From Haliotis rubra (Eukaryota), in NCBI RefSeq assembly GCF_003918875.1, contig NW_025767379.1, forward strand, positions 2,108,001 through 2,172,000: a DNA stretch of 64,000 bases. The letters run 5' to 3'. Position numbers and translations under genes: made by a program. Positions 63,073-64,000 of the stretch are shown here, one piece after another. Every line of letters begins with the position of its first letter. Within the stretch, counting starts at the first letter, position 1. Under the pieces are notes generated by a model that was not told the DNA's origin, ran no database searches, and saw only the letters and a list, made by a program, of their open reading frames with translations.

Positions 63073-64000
63073 AGTCATAGTGCTATAATAAACTCGGGAC
63101 ATATTTCCAATTTTTTCAGTCTGGGTTGGGGTCTCGACAGGGAGACCCTTTATCGCCTTACCTGTTCATAATGAGTGCAGAATTGCTTGCTATTTCTTTT
63201 AAATGTAACACATGAAATATAACCGGGATTAATGTGAATGGAGTAGAATATTCTATTTTCCAATATGCAGATGATACCAATTTCTCAATCGACAGATCAG
63301 AACAAAGTCTATCAGAAGTCATGAAGACTCTTAAACTAAAGAATTAGCTATTTGCTCAGGGTCAGCAGTTTGGATTGGATCCCAAACTGGTTCGTCTGAT
63401 AAACTGTCGCCTCATATACCTCTTTATTGGTCCAAAGAAGCCTTTAAGATTCTAGGAATTACATTTTCAACAAATCTGAGAGAAATGCTAGATTTAAATT
63501 TTGATAAGCAATTTACAAAGGCAAGAAAAGTGCTATTCACATGGTTACATAGAATGTAAACTCTGCGATGAAAACTTGTTATAATAAAATCTCAAATTTT
63601 ACCGTCATTTACCTTCCGTTTTGGCGTCTCGTCCATCTCCTGAATGTTTTTAAAACGAGTGAACTCTTTGTTGTATCGTTTTATACGGTGTGGTAATAGA
63701 AATAGAATAAAAAGAAGAAAAAATGAATCGGAAACCTCTACAGGTTTGGACGAATTTGACTGCTTTTTCCCCAATGATATGAATTTTCATTAACCTAGCC
63801 TTACCAGCTGTCTATCCTCAGCGTCTGCTCTTTAGGAATGATGTGACAATGGACAAAGAAGTGTCTCTCTGGACTGCTGTAATTTCCGAGTTGAATTGTA
63901 GTGGTCAGGGTTTCCAAAAAATGTAACTGTGGTCCAAACCACAATGTAAATCGAGACGTAACTGTTTTAAAACGGGACTGAAGTGTAATGGTCTGTGTCA

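Larger units (their letters stand above)
59780..63560 (+). pseudogene. L1/Tx1-clade LINE reverse transcriptase fragment split by Sola1 and SINE insertions
   Basis: LPGFMAMVDFEKAF|Sola|DSLEWQFIEKAL...RQGDPLSPYLFIMSAELLA...FQYADDT...ILGITF. Confidence 0.85.

Overview
Eukaryotic, AT-rich animal genomic DNA; the repeat content and gene style suggest a mollusc, probably an abalone (inference only). It has two N-gaps (27947-28160, 54154-54298). Three intron-containing genes can be built by hand with consistent GT-AG sites and splice phases. (1) Mitoguardin (MIGA/FAM73), + strand, 12 coding exons, 1027-14553, 517 aa. (2) An uncharacterised type-I membrane protein, - strand, 6 coding exons, 32349-24836, 353 aa: signal peptide, two tandem divergent Cys-containing (CUB-like) domains, TM helix and short tail. 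(3) A 173-aa single-pass, Pro/Gln-rich membrane protein with two PPPY motifs, - strand, 53378-49361. A possible first exon of a head-to-head paralogue of gene 3 lies at 55130-55190. The rest is repeat-rich: tRNA-Asp-derived SINEs; a tRNA/5S-chimeric SINE; a SINE-like family without Pol III boxes whose 5' head can form a pseudoknot; many MITEs; L2 and L1/Tx1 LINE fragments; a decayed Sola1 transposon inside the L1/Tx1 RT; a Penelope fragment with a U3-A8 variant hammerhead; a 1.5-kb tandem duplication; and several minisatellites. The most striking pattern is that several minisatellites are built from, and multiply, the splice sites of the genes they sit in. Most long ORFs in the supplied track are artefacts of stop-free tandem repeats.
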